This document shows positions 60,690 to 64,000 of a DNA stretch of 64,000 nucleotides, piece by piece. The translations under genes and the position numbers were made by a program. The DNA is taken from the NCBI GenBank assembly GCA_963789925.1, contig CAWBMQ010000006.1:231378-295377 (forward strand), given 5' to 3'. This DNA is from an uncultured Gemmatimonadales bacterium. Lineage in GTDB: Bacteria; Gemmatimonadota; Gemmatimonadetes; Gemmatimonadales; GWC2-71-9. How positions within the stretch are numbered: position 1 is the stretch's first letter; every line of letters begins with the position of its first letter. The notes beneath the pieces were generated by a model. The model saw nothing but the letters and a program-made list of their open reading frames with translations, ran no database searches and was not told the DNA's origin.

Positions 60690-62245
60690 TCAGTGTGAGG
60701 TGGCGCCGGCTACGGCGAGGTCGGGAACGGCGACGAGGCGGTAGTCGATGCCACGTTCGGCGGCGGTATGCCGGAAATCGTGCAGCAGCTGCAGCACGTC
60801 AGGGTCGATGCGGCGGCAATCGCGCGCGTCGATCTCCACCCGGGACCCGGCGGGAGTTCGTTCAGTGTCTTCTCGATGCGCACCTTCGTGAGGAAGGTGG
60901 CCTGCTGGCCCAGCGCGTAGCGCGTGAGCACTGCGCCGGGTGGGCTCAGTACCGTGAGTCCCGGCGCGTCGGCTTGCTCCTTCAGGATGAAAAACGCTCC
61001 CACGAGCAGTCCGATGATGACGCCGACGAGGAGGTCGGTGAGGAGGATCGCCACGATCGTGACGGTGAACGGGACGAACTGGTCGCGCCCGATGCGCCAT
61101 GCCTGCAGCAGGTGGATCGGGTGGGCCAGCTTCCAGCCGACGTAGATGAGGATCGCAGCCAGGGCCGCGAGGGGGACGAGGTTGAGCACGCCGGGGATGA
61201 GCAGCAGAGCCAGCAGGAGCCACGCCGAGTGGAGGAAGGCGCTGGTGCGGGTCCTTCCACCGGACTCGATGTTGGCCGCGCTCCGGACGATGACGCCGGT
61301 CAGGGGCAGCCCGCCGACCATCCCGGCCAGGAGGTTGCCGACGCCCTGTGCGCGCAGTTCGCGGTCGGCGGACGAGTGCCGCCTGAGCGGATCGAGCTTG
61401 TCCGTTGCCTCGAGCGACAGGAGCGTCTCGAGGCTCGCCACCAGGGCGATGGTGGCCGCCACCACCCAGACCTGTGGTTGCATCAGCACGTCCCACCGGG
61501 GAAGCGTCACCTCACCGAGGAACCCCGTGACGCCACCCACCGGCACCCGGACCAGCTCATCGCCAGCGAGTTGTCCCGCCGGCCAGAGACGGACCATGAT
61601 CTCGTTGCCGATGGTGCCGAGCAACACGACGACCAGCGCGCCAGGGACACGCTTCAGTGCGGAGAAGCGCGGATGGTCCCAGAGGTACAGGATGATCAGC
61701 GACACGACCGAGAGCACCAGCGCGGTGGGATTGATGCGCCCACCGAGATTGAGGATCGTCGTGAAGGTGTTCTCGTTTCCCACCGCCTGGAACTGCTCCA
61801 GTCCCATCGCCTCGGCGTCGTATCCCACCGCGTGGGGGATCTGCTTCAGCACGAGGGTGATGCCGATCGCGGCGAGCATCCCCTTGATGACGGAAGAAGG
61901 GAAGTACTTGGCGATGAACCCCGCGCGCGCGAGGCCGAAGCCGAACTGCATGGCGCCGCCGAGCACGACCGCAGTGAGGAAGGCGTCGAAGCCGCCGAGC
62001 TTGCCGATGGCGCTGAGGACGACGGCAGTGAGGCCGGCGGCGGGGCCGCTGACCATGAGGTTGGAGCCGCTGAGCGGGGCGACAACGAGACCGCCGATGA
62101 CACCGGCGATGAGGCCCGCCACGAGGGGCGCACCGCTTGCCAGGGCCACACCGAGGCAGAGGGGAAGCGCCACCAGGAAGACGACAAGGGACGCGGGAAG
62201 GTCGGCCCGGATGTTGTCGCGCCAGCTGGAGCCTGGTGCCGTCAT
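60690..62245 (-). pseudogene. SulP-family anion (bicarbonate/sulfate) transporter with STAS domain, frame break near 60850
   Basis: The TM core is in ORF 60710..62245 (..LVVFLVALPLCLGVALASGAP.., ..GVGNLLAGMVGGLPLTGVIVRSAANI..). The STAS tail SRVEIDARDCRRIDPDVLQLLHDFRHTAAERGIDYRLV is in ORF 60690..61496. Confidence 0.88.
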
Positions 62246-62314
62246 GCAGGGTCTTGGGGTTGGGGGGCTGTCACAGGTGCTGAATCTACGGAAGGTTGGT
62301 AGGGCGGGTAAAGC

Positions 62315-62344
62315 GGGTGGGGGAGCCTGGTTCGCGCCCCACCC
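62315..62344 (-). terminator. Hairpin after the 62358 gene (weak terminator candidate)
   Basis: GGGTGGGG/CCCCACCC form an 8-bp stem with a 14-nt loop. The minus-strand tail is GCTTTACCC. Confidence 0.35.
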
Positions 62345-62357
62345 TGCTGGCGCGGAG

Positions 62358-63196
62358 CTATTGGTGCTTGTCGACGGCCTCGGCGATGAAGCGGTTCTTG
62401 GGGAACTTCACGGCCAGGGCCTGGAGCGTGGCGCGCGCGGAGTCGGGCTGGCCGAGCGAGTCGAACGCCTCACTGGTGAGCAGTCCCTTCTGGATGCGGA
62501 GCCGGTTGTTGCCGGAGTCGGGATCCTGGGCGGCCAACAGGACGAGCGCGCCGCTGAAATCGCGCCGGTCGCGGATCATCGCCTCGGCCTGCAGGAACGG
62601 GATGGAAGGATCGCCGGGGCGCTGCAGCGCGAGCTCGTCGATGAGCCGCGCGGATTCGGCGTGATTCCCGGCCGCACGCGCAGCACGTGCCTGGTGGTAG
62701 CAGGCCGGCGACGAGCAGGCGCTGTACGTCGACAGGATCACCGCTCCGCAGGCCGACGCCACCGGCAAAGGAATAGACGAGCTTCCCGCCCGCTTCGCCC
62801 TGCCTGGTACAGCGCGACCGCGGCCGCGATGCCGCCAATGCCGGACGCGACGCGGAACCCGCGCTGCCAGTTCCGGCGCTGCTTGAACGCGATGGCGGCG
62901 AGCTCGAGGGCGGCCACGAGCAGGAAAAGGTTCCGGGTGCGCTCGCCGAGCTCCTCATGTTCCTGCACAGCCTCGCGGGCGCCGGGGACACGCTCGGCGG
63001 GGCCGTGGGCCTCGGTGCCGGACTTCACCGCCAGGATGCTGGTGGCCGCCGCGATGAGGAGGAGAGTGATCGCCGCCGGGTTGGTCCACGCTGCCTTGCC
63101 GGTGAGCGAGACCAGGCGGAGGATCACGCCGGCAACGCCGAGTGCGACGACGAAGTGGACGAGCTGGGGATGGAACTGGGCGATGATCGATCACTG
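62358..63196 (-). pseudogene. Membrane protein (DUF2231-like N-terminus) with C-terminal TPR-like region, at least 2 frame breaks
   Basis: IIAQFHPQLVHFVVALGVAGVILRLVSL..AITLLLIAAATSILAV..LFLLVAALELAAIAF..IGGIAAAVALYQAG is in ORF 62738..63127 (the in-frame upstream part lacks a start). EAGGKLVYSFAGG.. is in ORF 62470..62991. YHQARAARAAGNHAESARLIDELALQRPGDPS..ATLQALAVKFPKN is in ORF 62358..62768. Confidence 0.5.
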
Positions 63197-63212
63197 GGAT
63201 CCTCGGTGGGGA

Positions 63213-63333
63213 GTAGCAGTGCGATGGGGAGCCGCTCTCGGGGAAAGGGGAACGCACGCAGGAGTTCCCCTTCGATTGCATTCGCGGGTGCGTTCCACGA
63301 TCCCCTCCGAGCGGCTCCCCATCACACTGCTAC
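63213..63333 (-). other. 121-nt structured element: 25-nt terminal inverted repeats enclosing a 9-bp hairpin with an alternative pairing
   Basis: GTAGCAGTGCGATGGGGAGCCGCTC (63213-63237) versus GAGCGGCTCCCCATCACACTGCTAC (63309-63333). There is 1 mismatch, which becomes G-U on the minus-strand RNA. The inner hairpin is AAGGGGAAC (63245-63253) / GTTCCCCTT (63264-63272). GGAACGCAC can alternatively pair with GTGCGTTCC (63288-63296). Confidence 0.7.
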
Positions 63334-63335
63334 GT

Positions 63336-64000
63336 TCAGTTGAACCGTGTCGTCCTCCAGAGCACCGTGCCGGCAGCGGCCAGCAAGGCGACCGTCACGA
63401 TACACAGGATTACCACCCAGCGCAGGTCCATCGCCAGTGCGGGGGCCTCGGCGAGGCGTGCCACGAAAACGAACACTGCCGTAGAAATTGCCACCAGCGT
63501 CCAGTCGATCCAGGTGCGCCGCGGGGGCGAAGAGGCCGTGCCGACAAGGCGCGCGCGGACCCATTCGAGGTCCACGCCATAGCGGCGCGCCTCGAGTTCG
63601 GCGGCATCGCGCCAGCGATCGTGCTCGGTGTCTCCCGTCGCGGCGAGGGCGACGGCAGCGGCACCGATCGCCATGACGAGCGAGCCGACGACCACGAGGG
63701 GCAGGGAAATGCCGTCGCGCCGGAGTTCACCGAAGACGAGCGTCCCCCAGAGCAGTCCCCAGAGCTGGTTGGTGTTGGACAGGGGAATGCCGCGGCTGAT
63801 GCCGACGTACTTGGCCGCGTACTGCTGGAACAAGTCACCGATGACCCAGATGAAGCCGCCGAGCATGAGCCAGAAAATGACCCCGCGGGCGGCAGTGAGT
63901 TCGTTCACGGTGACGGATGCGCCGTTGATGGTGAGGGCGATGGTGCCCATGCAACCGAGCTCACCCACGGTAAAGAAGGTGACGAAGGCGAGCGGCGACA
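63336..64000 (-). CDS. DMT-superfamily sugar transporter (GRP/GlcU-like), N-terminus beyond window
   Basis: ..VIGDLFQQYAAKYVGISRGIPLSNTNQLWGLLWGTLVFGEL.. resembles glucose/ribose porter family helices. A C-terminal extension carries 2 further TM segments. The ORF stays open to nt 64000. Confidence 0.5.
   Translation of the reverse strand, partial: SPLAFVTFFTVGELGCMGTIALTINGASVTVNELTAARGVIFWLMLGGFIWVIGDLFQQYAAKYVGISRGIPLSNTNQLWGLLWGTLVFGELRRDGISLPLVVVGSLVMAIGAAAVALAATGDTEHDRWRDAAELEARRYGVDLEWVRARLVGTASSPPRRTWIDWTLVAISTAVFVFVARLAEAPALAMDLRWVVILCIVTVALLAAAGTVLWRTTRFN

Overview
GC-rich chromosomal segment from a diderm (Gram-negative-type) bacterium. The gene content includes CarboxypepD_reg-type TonB-dependent receptors, many lipoproteins, a Ser/Thr kinase with a periplasmic TPR domain and several beta-propeller proteins. 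This is reminiscent of Gemmatimonadota/Acidobacteriota-like soil bacteria, but the phylum cannot be fixed from this window (inference only). Gene order, left to right: nudix and hisF, then engB-clpX-clpP-tig on the minus strand. Next comes a cobalamin-riboswitch-controlled B12 uptake operon (BtuF/C/D-like ABC system, TonB-dependent receptor, beta-propeller lipoprotein). It is followed by tRNA-Leu(UAG), a DUF3011 repeat protein, htrA and dnaK. Further right are an MFS transporter, c-di-GMP enzymes, a PQQ sugar dehydrogenase and an AraC/VOC/methyltransferase group. Then come a PP2C plus Ser/Thr kinase pair and a COG2984-type ABC transporter with an embedded STAS-domain region. After that are a double-domain U32 gene with a 4-Cys motif and two GT25 glycosyltransferase paralogues. 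The right end holds a four-gene cluster of secreted beta-propeller proteins, a fatty-acid desaturase and a SulP/beta-carbonic-anhydrase pair. I saw no rRNA, CRISPR, transposase, integrase or phage genes. Two peculiarities span the window. (i) More than 30 reading-frame breaks occur in otherwise recognisable genes, and they are very unevenly distributed. There are none in the first 12.9 kb or in several long genes, but 5-7 within single short genes. (ii) A dispersed family of intergenic G-tract heptamer repeats (GGGAACA and relatives, up to about 13 tandem units) has G-quadruplex potential. All coordinates and frames were derived by hand from the sequence and ORF track. No database search was possible.
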